Shown: positions 37,406 through 47,493, numbered from the stretch's first letter. The stretch: 64,000 bases of DNA from an uncultured Trueperaceae bacterium (GCA_963815215.1 CAWFFU010000010.1:128001-192000), one strand, 5' to 3'. Made by a program: numbers and translations. Notes: generated from the sequence alone by a model not told the origin.

Positions 37406-38209
37406 ATGAGCGAGGCGGCGCTAGGCAGTCCGTGGTGGGGCGAGATGGAGCTGACGCCGGGGGAGCTTCGCCACTGGCACGTTGGACCCTACCGACTGTG
37501 GGTGCGGGCGATGGCACTGGAGTGGCGCCTGTGGAGCCTGTCGAGCGTCGAGGCCATGGCCGAGGAGATGGTGCTCGGCGCCGAGGCGCAGGACGGCGAG
37601 GTGCCGGCCGAGGCGGTGCTCACCCGGGTGGGGTTGAACTCGGCGCGTCCGGTCCTCGAGCTGCGGCCGGCGCTGGCCGACCGCGACGTGGTGGTGCGCC
37701 CCGACACCCCGGTGGTGGTGCCGGGCGGGGCGAGGCTCGAGCTCTACGTCACCACGCCGGTGTGGGTCATCGTGCGTGCCGGCGGGGGCGTGCCGCTCCT
37801 CGATGAGCCCAGCCTCCGCCTCTCCGATACCTGGTTCGGCCCCAACACGCTGGAGGGGGAGCTTGCCTACGCCATCCGCACGGCGGCGAGGCTCGATCTC
37901 GAGGAGCTGCCGCGCCGCCCGCACCGGGCCATCACCAAGGTGGTCGTCGTCAACGGAGCGCGCGAGGCGCTGGTGCTCGAGAAGCTCAAGGTGCCGGTCG
38001 CCGGCCTGGTGCTCTACACGTCCCAGGGCAGCGGACTGTGGACCGACCAGGTCACGCTCGAGCGCAAGCAAGGGAGTGGCGTGGCCGAGGCATCGGTGGG
38101 CGCCGGGCCGAACGTACCGGGCGTGGACGCCGAGCGCATCGCCGAGCCCCGCGTCACGACGCCGTCACGCTTCTCGCTGAACGCCTTCGGGCGGCTGCTG
38201 GGCGTGTGA
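37406..38209 (+). CDS. Conserved hypothetical protein (DUF432-like) upstream of MscS
   Basis: LRPALADRDVVVRP, LSDTWFGPNTLEGELAY; co-oriented with MscS. Confidence 0.6.
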   Translation: MSEAALGSPWWGEMELTPGELRHWHVGPYRLWVRAMALEWRLWSLSSVEAMAEEMVLGAEAQDGEVPAEAVLTRVGLNSARPVLELRPALADRDVVVRPDTPVVVPGGARLELYVTTPVWVIVRAGGGVPLLDEPSLRLSDTWFGPNTLEGELAYAIRTAARLDLEELPRRPHRAITKVVVVNGAREALVLEKLKVPVAGLVLYTSQGSGLWTDQVTLERKQGSGVAEASVGAGPNVPGVDAERIAEPRVTTPSRFSLNAFGRLLGV

Positions 38210-38222
38210 GGAGGGAGGGAAG

Positions 38223-39122
38223 GTGGGCTGGCTCACATCGACGCTACATCTCCAGGTGACCCCTGCGCAGGTGGCGGCCGCCGTCCGCGCCGGGGTCTAC
38301 GTGGTGCTGGGGATCGGACTGGCGCGCCTGACCGCCGTCACCGTCACCCGCGCCACGCGCCACATGGGTGCCCAGGAGCGGGTGCTCCTCCGGCGGCTGG
38401 CGAGCTACGCCGTCCTGGCGCTGTTCCTGGCATCCGCGCTGAGGGAGGCGGGTTTCCGCTTCGATGTGCTGCTCGGCGCCGCCGGCATCCTCACGGTGGC
38501 GGTCGGGTTCGCCTCACAGACGTCGGCCTCGAACATGATCTCGGGCCTGTTCCTGATGTTGGAACGCTCCATCGCCATCGGTGACGTGATCAACGTCAGC
38601 GGCACGGTCGGCGAGGTGCTGTCGGTCGACCTGCTGTCCACTCGCCTGCGCACCTTCGACAACTTGATGGTGCGCATCCCCAACCAGACCATGGTCACCA
38701 CCCTGATCACCAACTACAACCGGTTGCCGATCCGACGTTTCGACCTGCAGGTGGGGGTGGCGTACAAGGAGGACCTGGCCAAGGTCGAACAGGCGCTGCT
38801 CGACATCGCCGATCGCGACCCGCTGTGCCTCGAGGATCCGGCGCCGCTGTTGATCGCCATGGGCTTCGGGGCTTCGTCGATCAACTACCAGCTCTCGGTC
38901 TGGGCCAAGCGCGAGAACTGGCTCGAGCTGCGCAACCGCATCACCCGTGAGGTGAAGGCGGGCTTCGACGAGCTCGGGATCGAGCTCCCGTTCCCCCACG
39001 TGTCCCTCTACACCGGCAGCGTCACCGAGCCGTTCCCGGTGATGGTGACGAACCCGGCGGCCGTGACGGGCGCATCCGCTCCGTCCGGCGCCGCCACCAC
39101 GCCCCCGGAGGCCGAAGCATGA
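38223..39122 (+). CDS. mscS: Small-conductance mechanosensitive channel family protein
   Basis: GAAGILTVAVGFASQTSASNMISG, IGDVI, RTFDNLMVRIPN, GIELPFPH. Confidence 0.92.
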   Translation: MGWLTSTLHLQVTPAQVAAAVRAGVYVVLGIGLARLTAVTVTRATRHMGAQERVLLRRLASYAVLALFLASALREAGFRFDVLLGAAGILTVAVGFASQTSASNMISGLFLMLERSIAIGDVINVSGTVGEVLSVDLLSTRLRTFDNLMVRIPNQTMVTTLITNYNRLPIRRFDLQVGVAYKEDLAKVEQALLDIADRDPLCLEDPAPLLIAMGFGASSINYQLSVWAKRENWLELRNRITREVKAGFDELGIELPFPHVSLYTGSVTEPFPVMVTNPAAVTGASAPSGAATTPPEAEA

Positions 39123-39949
39123 GCGCACCTGGTCCGAGTACTGGCGACTTCCCTAGGGAGCCGCGGGTCTGGTACGTGACCTTCCCGACTCTCCACGCCG
39201 AGCCGTTGAGGGTGGCCGGGCAGCTCCGCATCCCGCAGGACGTTCCCGGCCCGCTCCCGGCCGTGGTGATCGTGCACGGCTCGTTCGGCGTCGACGGCCG
39301 CGGCGCCGCCATGGCGGAGGCCCTGAACGCCGCGGGGATCGCCACGCTGGAGATCGACATGTGGAGCCCACGCAGCCTGGTGGGCGCGCTGTCACGTCCG
39401 GAGCACGCCGCCGAGACCTTGCCCGACGCCTTCGGAGCACTTCGCTACCTGGCGGGCCGCCCCGAGATCGACGGAGACCGGGTCGGCATCACCGGCTTCT
39501 CGTGGGGTGGCGGGGTGTCGATGCTGACCGCCACCCGCCGCTACGTGCGGCAGATCGTCGGCGAGGGGGGTGAGCGCTTCGCGGCGCACGCGCCCTTCTA
39601 CCCGGTGTGCTGGGCCTACAACCACCGTCCGGGGTACGAGTTCTCGGGCCTCACGGGCGCGCCGGTGCTGCTGCAGGCCGGGGCGGAGGACACCTACGAT
39701 CGGCCCTCCGGCTGCCCGGACCTGGTGGCGGCGCTGCCGGAGGAGGACCGGAGGCACGTGCGCGTGATCGTGTACGAGGGTGCCACCCACGCCTTCGACC
39801 GCCCGGGACCCGCCGTCACGGTCAACGATCCGCATGCTCACGAAGGGGAGGGCGGCGAGGTCACGTTCGCGCCGAACCCGGAGGTGACGGCGCGGGCGCA
39901 CCGCGAGACGGCGGCGTTCTTCTCGAAGGTGCTCGCTCCTCGCGGCTGA
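39119..39949 (+). CDS. Dienelactone hydrolase-like alpha/beta hydrolase
   Basis: HGSFG, GFSWGG nucleophile elbow, [16 protein letters not shown]. Confidence 0.85.
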   Translation: MSAPGPSTGDFPREPRVWYVTFPTLHAEPLRVAGQLRIPQDVPGPLPAVVIVHGSFGVDGRGAAMAEALNAAGIATLEIDMWSPRSLVGALSRPEHAAETLPDAFGALRYLAGRPEIDGDRVGITGFSWGGGVSMLTATRRYVRQIVGEGGERFAAHAPFYPVCWAYNHRPGYEFSGLTGAPVLLQAGAEDTYDRPSGCPDLVAALPEEDRRHVRVIVYEGATHAFDRPGPAVTVNDPHAHEGEGGEVTFAPNPEVTARAHRETAAFFSKVLAPRG

Positions 39950-40067
39950 GCGCCCCGCAAGGCGGCCGGCCGTCACCGACCCTGCCGGGCGAGCGGGGGA
40001 CGGCCGTCCCTCGCGGGCCTTCCACCCTCACCGCTACGGTGTCGAGAGGGGGTGGAAGGAGGCCGGC

Positions 40068-41053
40068 ATGCCCGGTGACACGCCGATGGTGGATCGAGCA
40101 GAGAGCGGGAAGTCGGTATCTCCGGCACCGGGTCCGGCCCTGCGCGTCGAAGGCCTGACCAAGCGCTTCGGTGAGGTGATCGCCGTCGACGAGCTCACGC
40201 TCGAGGTGCCGCGCGGCACAGTGTTCGGCTTCCTGGGGCCGAACGGCGCCGGCAAGACCACCACCATCGGGATGCTGCTGGGCCTGGTGCACCCCACGCG
40301 CGGCCGCGTGGAGGTGCTCGGTGGCGCGTGCGGCCGGGGGATCTTACTGCGCTGCGACGGGTCGGAGCCCTGGTGGGCGCCCCCGCGCTGATCCCGTCGT
40401 TCAGCGCCCGGCGCAACCTGGCGTTGCTGGCGGGCCTGGCGCCGGGGCACGACGGACGGGCCGCCATCGACGCCGCCCTGCGGCGCGTGGGTCTGGGCGA
40501 GTCCGCGCACCGGAGGGCGGGCACCTTCTCGACGGGCATGAAACAACGCCTCGGGCTGGCCATGGCCCTGATCGAGGAGCCCGACCTGCTCATCCTCGAC
40601 GAGCCCACCAGTGGAATGGATGCGGCGGCGCGCCGCGAGGTCAAGAACCTGCTGCGGGAGGTCGCGGCCGAAGGCGTCACCGTCTTCCTGAGTAGCCACC
40701 TGTTGCACGAGATCGAACAGGTGTGCGACGAGGTCGCCGTGCTCGACCGGGGACGGCTGGTGACCCGCGGCACGGTGGCGTCGCTGCTGCCCGACGCCAA
40801 CATGGTGCGCGTACGCGTGGACGACCCGGCTGCCGCGGGGCGGCGCCTGGAGGAACTGGAGGGCGTCACACGTCTCGACCCCAACGGCTCCTACCTCGAG
40901 GTCGAGGGGGTCGACCCGCAACGCCTGGTCGCATTCCTGGTGGGCGCGGGCCACGTGCCGAGCGAAGTGACGAGCGGCCGGCCCGACCTGGAGACGCTCT
41001 TCTTACAGCTCACCGCCCCTGAAGAGGGCGCACGGACGGGAGTGGAGGCGTGA
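40068..41053 (+). pseudogene. ABC-2 exporter ATPase split by a frameshift near 40320-40328
   Basis: Walker [10 protein letters not shown] in one frame; FSTGMKQR, LILDEPTSG, SSHLL in another; only two bases (40326-40327) separate the frames. Confidence 0.75.
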
Positions 41054-41580
41054 TCGTGCTGACCTCGGCCGAACTCACCAAGCTCTTCCGGAGGCCGCCG
41101 CTGTGGCTGGCCCGGGGGGTGGCCCGCGGGCCGCTGCTGCTGGCGCGCTTCCTGGCGACCCTCCCGGCACTGCTGCTGGTCGCGCTGGTAGTCGTGGCGG
41201 TCGGCCTCCTGCTGTCGCTCGGCCACCTCGATGCCGCGCTTCTCGCCAGCCACCTCACCCTCGGCGGCCTCGCCCTGGCGGTGCTGGCCATGGCGTTCGG
41301 CGCGCTGCCGTACGTGGCGCTCTCGCTGGGTCTGGCGGTGGGGACCCGCGCCGTGGCGGTGCCGGTCGGCGGCGTGCTGTTGCTGGCGCTGCTGGTCGAG
41401 CCGATCGTGGGCCAGCTGGCACCGGGGGTCGGCGCCTACCTGCCGTCGTCGCTGAGCCGGACGCTGCTCGCCGGAGGCGGGGACGGGAGCCTGGCGGCGG
41501 GCCTCCTCATCGCCCTGTACACGGCGGTCCTGCTGGCCGTCGCGGTGGCGACCTTCCGGCGCCAGGACCTGACCGGGTGA
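41050..41580 (+). CDS. ABC-2 permease, short, probable internal deletion
   Basis: AELTKLFRRP start and FRRQDLTG end are typical, but ARGVAR motif follows immediately; 176 aa. Confidence 0.6.
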   Translation: MIVLTSAELTKLFRRPPLWLARGVARGPLLLARFLATLPALLLVALVVVAVGLLLSLGHLDAALLASHLTLGGLALAVLAMAFGALPYVALSLGLAVGTRAVAVPVGGVLLLALLVEPIVGQLAPGVGAYLPSSLSRTLLAGGGDGSLAAGLLIALYTAVLLAVAVATFRRQDLTG

Positions 41581-41605
41581 CCCCAGGGCGCCAGGCGGCA
41601 GACCG

Positions 41606-42106
41606 TCAGGCCGCCGGGGCCTCGCTACGCTTGAAATAGTGGAGGGTGCCCATCCAGCTGCCGCAGTAGGTCCAGCCCTCCTGCTCGGTGCGCTCGCGCT
41701 GGCGCGTGCTGAGCACCTCGGTGATGCGCAGGTAGCGCCACGGTTCGCGCAGTTCCGGCTTCTCCGGGCGGCGGAAGTGCAGCACCATCGGGCCGAAGCC
41801 GGTCAGCTCCCAGCCCTGGCGGCCCATCTCGTCCATCACCCCGACCTCGTCGAAGGCGGTGGCGGCACGATCCTGGTACTCCCAGGCTTCCGCGAGGAGT
41901 GTCATCTTCTCCTCCAGGTCGATCAAGAACAGGTCCTCGACGTGGGTGTTGAACAGCCAGGCGAGGCGTAGCGCAGTCTGCAGGCTGGGATCGCTCCGGC
42001 CCGTCTCGACGGCGTTGACCGCCTGGCGCGAGAGCCCCAGACGCTGCGCGAGGTCCGCCTGCGACCATCCACGCCCGCGACGGTGCTCCTTGATGGTGTT
42101 GTGCAA
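41606..42106 (-). CDS. Xre/Cro HTH regulator fused to a DUF2812-like domain
   Basis: TTG start after [16 protein letters not shown]...SRQAVNAVETGRSDPSL; EMGRQGWEL and EGWTYCG...YFKR repeats. Confidence 0.78.
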   Translation of the reverse strand: MHNTIKEHRRGRGWSQADLAQRLGLSRQAVNAVETGRSDPSLQTALRLAWLFNTHVEDLFLIDLEEKMTLLAEAWEYQDRAATAFDEVGVMDEMGRQGWELTGFGPMVLHFRRPEKPELREPWRYLRITEVLSTRQRERTEQEGWTYCGSWMGTLHYFKRSEAPAA

Positions 42107-42164
42107 CGCGCTTCCCTTCGTCGGACCCGGGGGCCGCTCCACGGCCAGCGTAGTCCATCGAGCG

Positions 42165-42189
42165 ATGACATGTAAAGCCTGCATGTCAT
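42165..42189. promoter_or_regulatory. Palindrome upstream of the Xre regulator (autoregulatory operator candidate)
   Basis: ATGACATG-N9-CATGTCAT. Confidence 0.55.
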
Positions 42190-42262
42190 GACGTGTGAAG
42201 ACTCCACCCATCGAAGTGGCGGAGGCCGCCCCAGGATGGGCTCCGCCACGGCACGATGGGGT

Positions 42263-42838
42263 ATGGCCGATCCTCCACGCCGCGCTGCGGGAGGCCGCGC
42301 GCCCGGCTGGGCGGCGTTCCTCCGCGGCATCAACGTCGGCGGCAAGCACAAGCTTCCCATGCGCGAGCTGACGGCCTTCTTCGCCGAACTCGGCGCGCGC
42401 GACGTCCGCACCTACATCCAGAGCGGCAACGTCGTCTTCCGGGCCACGCCCGACGTCATCGCCGGCCTGCGCGAGAGTTGGCCCTCGCGGGCCGCCGCCC
42501 GCTACGGCTTCGAAGTGCCGCCCGTGCTGCGCTCGTACGAAGAGTTGCGTGAGGTCGTGCGTGCCAACCCCTTCCCGCATGGCGACGTCGACGAGAGGAC
42601 GCTGCACGTGATGTTCCTGGGCGACACGCCCGCTCCCGAAGCGGTCGCCCGGATCGACGTGGGGCGCTCGCCGCCCGATGCCTTCGCCGTACGTGGCCGC
42701 GAGATCTACCTGCACCTCCCCGACGGTATGGCGCGCACCCGGCTCACCAATGCCTACCTCGAGGCCATACTCGCCACGACGTCTACGGCCCGCAACTGGC
42801 GGACCGTGCAGGCGGTGCTGGCGCTGGCTGGCGCTTGA
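42263..42838 (+). CDS. DUF1697 family protein
   Basis: FLRGINVGG, VRTYIQSGNVVF, TARNWRTV. Confidence 0.9.
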   Translation: MADPPRRAAGGRAPGWAAFLRGINVGGKHKLPMRELTAFFAELGARDVRTYIQSGNVVFRATPDVIAGLRESWPSRAAARYGFEVPPVLRSYEELREVVRANPFPHGDVDERTLHVMFLGDTPAPEAVARIDVGRSPPDAFAVRGREIYLHLPDGMARTRLTNAYLEAILATTSTARNWRTVQAVLALAGA

Positions 42839-42915
42839 GAGGGTCGGCGCCGTGGCGACGCCGCCGTCCCTACCGAACCGGGCATGGCTCGATGCGCCCT
42901 CGACGGCGCCCCGGC

Positions 42916-42944
42916 TTGACGTTCCCCTGATGCCAACGTAGGAT
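42916..42944 (+). promoter_or_regulatory. Sigma70-type promoter of the sugar ABC operon
   Basis: TTGACG-17 nt-TAGGAT. Confidence 0.65.
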
Positions 42945-43020
42945 GATTCGACCTGGAAATGCAGTTCGCACCAGCGGTACGGATCCCGGATCCGTCCGCC
43001 GATCGAGGAGGACACGTATC

Positions 43021-44304
43021 GTGAAACTCAGAGTCCTGGCCATTGTTGCCGCGCTCGGTCTGCTCGGCCTCGCCTCCGCGCAGACCCTCCGCTACTTCTC
43101 CTGGGAACCGAACATCACGGAGCAGACCAACGCCCTCATCCAGCAGTTCGAGGCCGCTCACCCCGGTGTGAAGATCCAGTTCGAGGCCGATTCCCCCGAC
43201 CAGTACTGGCCCAAGATGAGCGCACTGGCGGCGGCCCACAAGCTGCCCGACGTCTTCTACATGTCGAGCGGCTACATCGACGAGTGGCAGTCCAACGGCC
43301 TGCTGGCTGACCTGCAGCCGTTCACGAAAGGTGTCGACTGGAGCCAGTACTTCACCGGCGTGCTGTCGACGGCGCGTTTCCCCCACGGCGCTACCGGCGA
43401 CCTCTACGCCGTCCCCATCGACTGGGTGGGTCCGGTGCTGTACTACAACAAGGACGCCTTCGACAAGGCCGGCGTGCCCTACCCCAGCGCCGACTGGACC
43501 TGGAACGACTTCCTCGATGCCGCCAAGAAGCTGACGGTGCGCGACGCCAACGGCAAGGTCACCCAGTGGGGCTTCTGGGCCTACGGCCGCTACGCACACA
43601 TCGAGCCGTGGATCTTCCAGAACGACGGTCACGTCCTCAACGCCGCGCGCACCCGCATCCAGGTGGATGCCAACGCCAAAGCGGCCATGAAGTTCGTCAC
43701 TGACCTGGTCAACGTCGAGAAGGTGGCGCCGGCGCCCAAGCTGATGTCGGGCGTGAACCAGCAGGACGTGTTCCCGCAGGGCCTGGCTGCGATGTGGGTC
43801 GACGGCAGCTGGAACATCGCGAACAACCGCAAGATCATCGGCGACAAGTTCCACTGGGATATCGCCATGGTGCCGCGCGGCCCGGCCGCAAGCTCCGACA
43901 CGGCCTACACCTGGCCCGACATGATGGCGGTCTCGGCTACCTCCAAGAACAAGGAGTTGGCCTGGGAGTTCGTGCAGTTCATGACCGGTTCGGCGCGTCC
44001 GGCCAACACCTACCTGGCCGGCACGGTGCCCTTCGCCAAGTCCACCGAGGAGGCCGTGCTGAAGAACGACGCGGCGCTGCAACCGGCCCACGAGTCGCTC
44101 CTGCTCGAGATCGGCAAGCTTCCCAGCCGGACCACCTTCACGCCCAAGTGGAGTGAGTGGCGCGGCTACTCGGCGGCCGGCGGCGGCGGGATGAACGGCG
44201 AGCTCGATAAGGTCTTCAACGGGCAGGAGTCCCTGGACGACGCCATCGCTGCCTTCACCAGCCACGGCAACCAGGTGCTCGCCCGGGTCTACCCGAACCC
44301 CTAG
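43021..44304 (+). CDS. Carbohydrate ABC substrate-binding protein (family 1)
   Basis: GAGGAGG RBS, GTG start, signal peptide ending ASAQ; LPDVF, LYYNKDAFDKAG, WTWNDF. Confidence 0.9.
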   Translation: MKLRVLAIVAALGLLGLASAQTLRYFSWEPNITEQTNALIQQFEAAHPGVKIQFEADSPDQYWPKMSALAAAHKLPDVFYMSSGYIDEWQSNGLLADLQPFTKGVDWSQYFTGVLSTARFPHGATGDLYAVPIDWVGPVLYYNKDAFDKAGVPYPSADWTWNDFLDAAKKLTVRDANGKVTQWGFWAYGRYAHIEPWIFQNDGHVLNAARTRIQVDANAKAAMKFVTDLVNVEKVAPAPKLMSGVNQQDVFPQGLAAMWVDGSWNIANNRKIIGDKFHWDIAMVPRGPAASSDTAYTWPDMMAVSATSKNKELAWEFVQFMTGSARPANTYLAGTVPFAKSTEEAVLKNDAALQPAHESLLLEIGKLPSRTTFTPKWSEWRGYSAAGGGGMNGELDKVFNGQESLDDAIAAFTSHGNQVLARVYPNP

Positions 44305-44317
44305 GCCGCTCGTCACG

Positions 44318-44362
44318 ACGGCGTGTGGGTCGCGGAGCCGAGCTCCGCGACCCACACGCCGT
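44318..44362 (+). terminator. 21-bp perfect stem-loop after binding-protein gene
   Basis: ACGGCGTGTGGGTCGCGGAGC-cga-GCTCCGCGACCCACACGCCGT. Confidence 0.7.
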
Positions 44363-44376
44363 GAGGCTCTCGCCAG

Positions 44377-46128
44377 GTGCGCTACCGAAGGATCACGCCC
44401 TACCTGTTCATCGGCCCCATGATCGTGGGACTGCTGGTCTTCCGGCTGATCCCCATCGCGGCCTCGCTGGCCGCCAGCTTCACGAGCTGGAACGTCTTCT
44501 CGGCGCCGAGCTGGGTGGGTCTGGCGAACTACCGGACCATGCTGGGGTCGGCCGAGTTCTGGCAGGTGCTGAGGAACACCGGCGTCTTCGCCGCCATCTA
44601 CGTGCCGGGGACGATGGTGCTTGGCCTGGCGCTGGCGCTGCTGGTCAACCGCAACCTGAAGGGGGCGACCGCCCTGCGAGGGGTGTTCTTCATGCCCTAC
44701 ATCACCTCGGTGGTGGCAGTGGCCATCGTCTGGCGCTGGATCTTCGCGACCCAGTACGGGGTGCTGAACTACGCTCTGACCCACTGGTTCGGCGTCGCCC
44801 AGGGTCCGTCGTGGCTCGGGGACGGCCGCTACGCGCTGCTGGCGCTGGCCATCGTGTACGTGTGGCAGAGCTCGGGCTTCCAGATGCTGCTGTTCCTGGC
44901 GGGGCTCCAGAACCTCGACGCCAGCCTGGAGGAGGCGGCACGCTGCGACGGCGCGAGCCGCTGGCAGGTGTTCCGACACATCACGCTTCCACTGCTTTCG
45001 CCGATGACGTTCTTCATCCTGATCGTGTCGCTCATCAACTCCTCGAAGACCTTCCAGGTCACCTACGCCCTGACGGGCGGCGGTCCCAACCATGCCTCCA
45101 CGACGCTGGCCTACGCCATCTACCAGAACGCCTTCGTGTTCTTCCGCATGGGCTACGCCTCGGCGCTCGCCTACGCCTTGATGGTGTTCGTAGGGGCGGT
45201 CACCGTCCTCAACTTCAACCTCCGGCGCCGCTGGGTCTACCAGACGAGCCACGAGCGTCGTAACATGGCGGACGCGCCTGCGGTGCGCCGGCCGTGGCGC
45301 GGCCGGCTGACGGCGGCGGTGGTCTACGTCTTCCTGGCGGGGTTCGCCCTGTTGACGCTGTTCCCCTTCCTGTGGATGGTGTTGACCTCGTTCCAGACGG
45401 CCGGCGACACCTTCCGCATCCCGCCGAGCCTGACGCCGTCGCTGCTGTTCAGCGCTCACCCGTTCGCGAACTTCGTCGAGCTGTTCACCCGCTTCACCTT
45501 CGGGCGCTATCTGCTCAACTCGGTCTTCGTGTCGACGGTGGCCGCCGCCGGTCAGCTCGTGACCTGCTCGCTCGCGGGCTTCGCCTTCGCACGCATGCGC
45601 TTCCCGGGCCGAATGCTGCTGTTCGGCGCCCTGGTGTTCACGATGTTCGTGCCCACCGAGGTCACCATCATCCCCGAGTTCCTGCTGATGGCGAAGCTGA
45701 ACTGGCTCGACACCTATCTGCCGCTGATCGTGCCCTCGCTGATGGTGGGGGCCTTCGGGACGTTCTTGCTGACCGAGACCTTCCGGTCCGTGCCCTACGG
45801 GCTCGAGGAGGCGGCCACCATCGACGGAGCGTCGCCGCTGCGCATCTACTGGCACGTCTTCATGCCCATCGCCCGACCGGCGCTGGTGAGCCTCTTCGTC
45901 ATCGCCTTCATCGACAACTGGAACGAGTTGCTGCGCGCCGTTCTGTACATCTCGAGCAACGGCCTCAAGACGGCGCCGCTCGGCCTGGTGTCGCTGCAGG
46001 GGCAGTACCAGTCGGAGTGGACGCTCCTCATGGCGGGCTCGCTACTGTCGATCCTGCCGATGATCCTGGTATACCTGCTGGCGCAGAGGTACATCGTGCA
46101 AGGCTTCGTCACCTCCGGGCTCAAGTAG
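44377..46128 (+). CDS. Fused carbohydrate ABC permeases (MalF-like + MalG-like)
   Basis: Two EAA loops (LEEAARCDGA, LEEAATIDGA); no stop at RRWVYQ-TSHERRN-MAD junction. Confidence 0.85.
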   Translation: MRYRRITPYLFIGPMIVGLLVFRLIPIAASLAASFTSWNVFSAPSWVGLANYRTMLGSAEFWQVLRNTGVFAAIYVPGTMVLGLALALLVNRNLKGATALRGVFFMPYITSVVAVAIVWRWIFATQYGVLNYALTHWFGVAQGPSWLGDGRYALLALAIVYVWQSSGFQMLLFLAGLQNLDASLEEAARCDGASRWQVFRHITLPLLSPMTFFILIVSLINSSKTFQVTYALTGGGPNHASTTLAYAIYQNAFVFFRMGYASALAYALMVFVGAVTVLNFNLRRRWVYQTSHERRNMADAPAVRRPWRGRLTAAVVYVFLAGFALLTLFPFLWMVLTSFQTAGDTFRIPPSLTPSLLFSAHPFANFVELFTRFTFGRYLLNSVFVSTVAAAGQLVTCSLAGFAFARMRFPGRMLLFGALVFTMFVPTEVTIIPEFLLMAKLNWLDTYLPLIVPSLMVGAFGTFLLTETFRSVPYGLEEAATIDGASPLRIYWHVFMPIARPALVSLFVIAFIDNWNELLRAVLYISSNGLKTAPLGLVSLQGQYQSEWTLLMAGSLLSILPMILVYLLAQRYIVQGFVTSGLK

Positions 46129-46129
46129 C

Positions 46130-47458
46130 GTGCTGACGATCCGCAAGGAGCGGCGTTCGTTCGACGCCGGTGATGCGCAGGTCGTGGTGATCCGCACCGA
46201 CAGGCTGCGCCCGGTCAGGCTCACGGCTGTCGCGAAGGTGCGCGCGGCGGAGCTGGCGCACATCCTCGGTCAGCGCTTCGAGCGCCCGGTCATGGCGGCG
46301 GCGTTGCCGCCGCCCAGCCTGCGGGCGTCCTCCTGGTCGGAGGGCGCCCAGCCCCGACGGGACGGGCACGAGCTACTGGCGCTGCGCTCGCTGGCGGCCG
46401 CGGCGGTGGGCGCCGTCGGCGCAGAAGGCGGAGATGCCAGGGCCGAGCGCTTCTTGCGCGACCTCGAGGCTCGCGGGCTCGTGGCGCGGGCGCGTCACGA
46501 CGGTGGCCCCGGTGCGGTCCTGACCGTGGTGGTGGGGGGTCTCGGGTTCCCGCGGGCGCTGAGTCGAAGGTCACCGGGCCGGCTGATCGTCAACAGCCAC
46601 TTCTTCGTGCTCGAGCCCGCTGAGCTGGACCGACCCCATGCCGTCATCGGCGATCCGGTGGGGATGCTGGCGGTCGACGGCGTGGTGGTCCGGCCGCCGG
46701 TGACGCGGCGGGCCACCTTGGTGCAGGGGCCTACCGGGTGGTCGGTGACCCAGCTCGGTCCGGACGACGTCGAGTTGCGGGTCGGCGACCGCCCAGGCCG
46801 GGGCCGCCTGTTGGGGCGCGGCGCCGAATCCGCCGCCGGCGCATTCGAGGCTGTCCTGAACGGGCGCTGGCCGATGGCGCTTTCCGAGGAGGGCGGCCTC
46901 GCTGCGCCCCACGGCGGACTGGTGGCCCGTTGGGAGGCGCCGCCCGCCGACGACGTCCGCGGGATCCTCCGCCGCGCCACCCCCGTGAGCTACCTCGTCC
47001 CGCGGCTGCCCGACCTGATCGCGGCCGTGCAGGGCGGTCCGGAGTTGGTGCGCGAGGGAGAGGTCGTGGTCTCGGAGCGGCAGCTCCAACTCGAGGGCCT
47101 GCCCAACCCCATGTCTCCGGCGGCGACAGCGCCGCTGGCCTTTCCGACGGACGTCGACCGCACACCGGCGGCGCGCGTGGCGGCCGCGGTGACGGCGTCC
47201 GGCGAGCTGCTGATCGCCGTGGTCGAAGGGGCCTCTAGCATCGCCGGGCCGTCGGCGTCGGGCTCGTCGGGCTGCACCTTGGTGGAGCTCGCACGGCTGC
47301 TGCGTGACGCCGGTGCCGTCGAAGCGCTGAACCTCGACGGCGGCGGCTCCGCCCAGGCGTTCGAGGGCGCCAGCGCCTGGGTCGTGCCGGGCGATACCCG
47401 GCGGACGGCGGGCGCGTCGTTCGATCGGCCGGTGCCGGTGGCCTTGAGCCTGGGGTGA
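46130..47458 (+). CDS. Phosphodiester glycosidase family protein (NAGPA/DUF2233-like)
   Basis: QGGPELV, GCTLVELA, ALNLDGGGS, RPVP. Confidence 0.75.
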   Translation: MLTIRKERRSFDAGDAQVVVIRTDRLRPVRLTAVAKVRAAELAHILGQRFERPVMAAALPPPSLRASSWSEGAQPRRDGHELLALRSLAAAAVGAVGAEGGDARAERFLRDLEARGLVARARHDGGPGAVLTVVVGGLGFPRALSRRSPGRLIVNSHFFVLEPAELDRPHAVIGDPVGMLAVDGVVVRPPVTRRATLVQGPTGWSVTQLGPDDVELRVGDRPGRGRLLGRGAESAAGAFEAVLNGRWPMALSEEGGLAAPHGGLVARWEAPPADDVRGILRRATPVSYLVPRLPDLIAAVQGGPELVREGEVVVSERQLQLEGLPNPMSPAATAPLAFPTDVDRTPAARVAAAVTASGELLIAVVEGASSIAGPSASGSSGCTLVELARLLRDAGAVEALNLDGGGSAQAFEGASAWVVPGDTRRTAGASFDRPVPVALSLG

Positions 47459-47493
47459 GCGCCGCCGGGCGGCTAGGGCATAGGATGAACGGC

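Noticed and set aside
40320..40340. Programmed frameshift or phase variation in the ABC ATPase
   Set aside because: No canonical slippery site; the G5 run is short and appears to lie after the frame switch; the partner permease also looks damaged
42754..45855. 1033-aa antisense ORF and similar long ORFs (5831-7822, 12342-14369, 24189-26381)
   Set aside because: Antisense shadows of high-GC genes with no recognisable motifs
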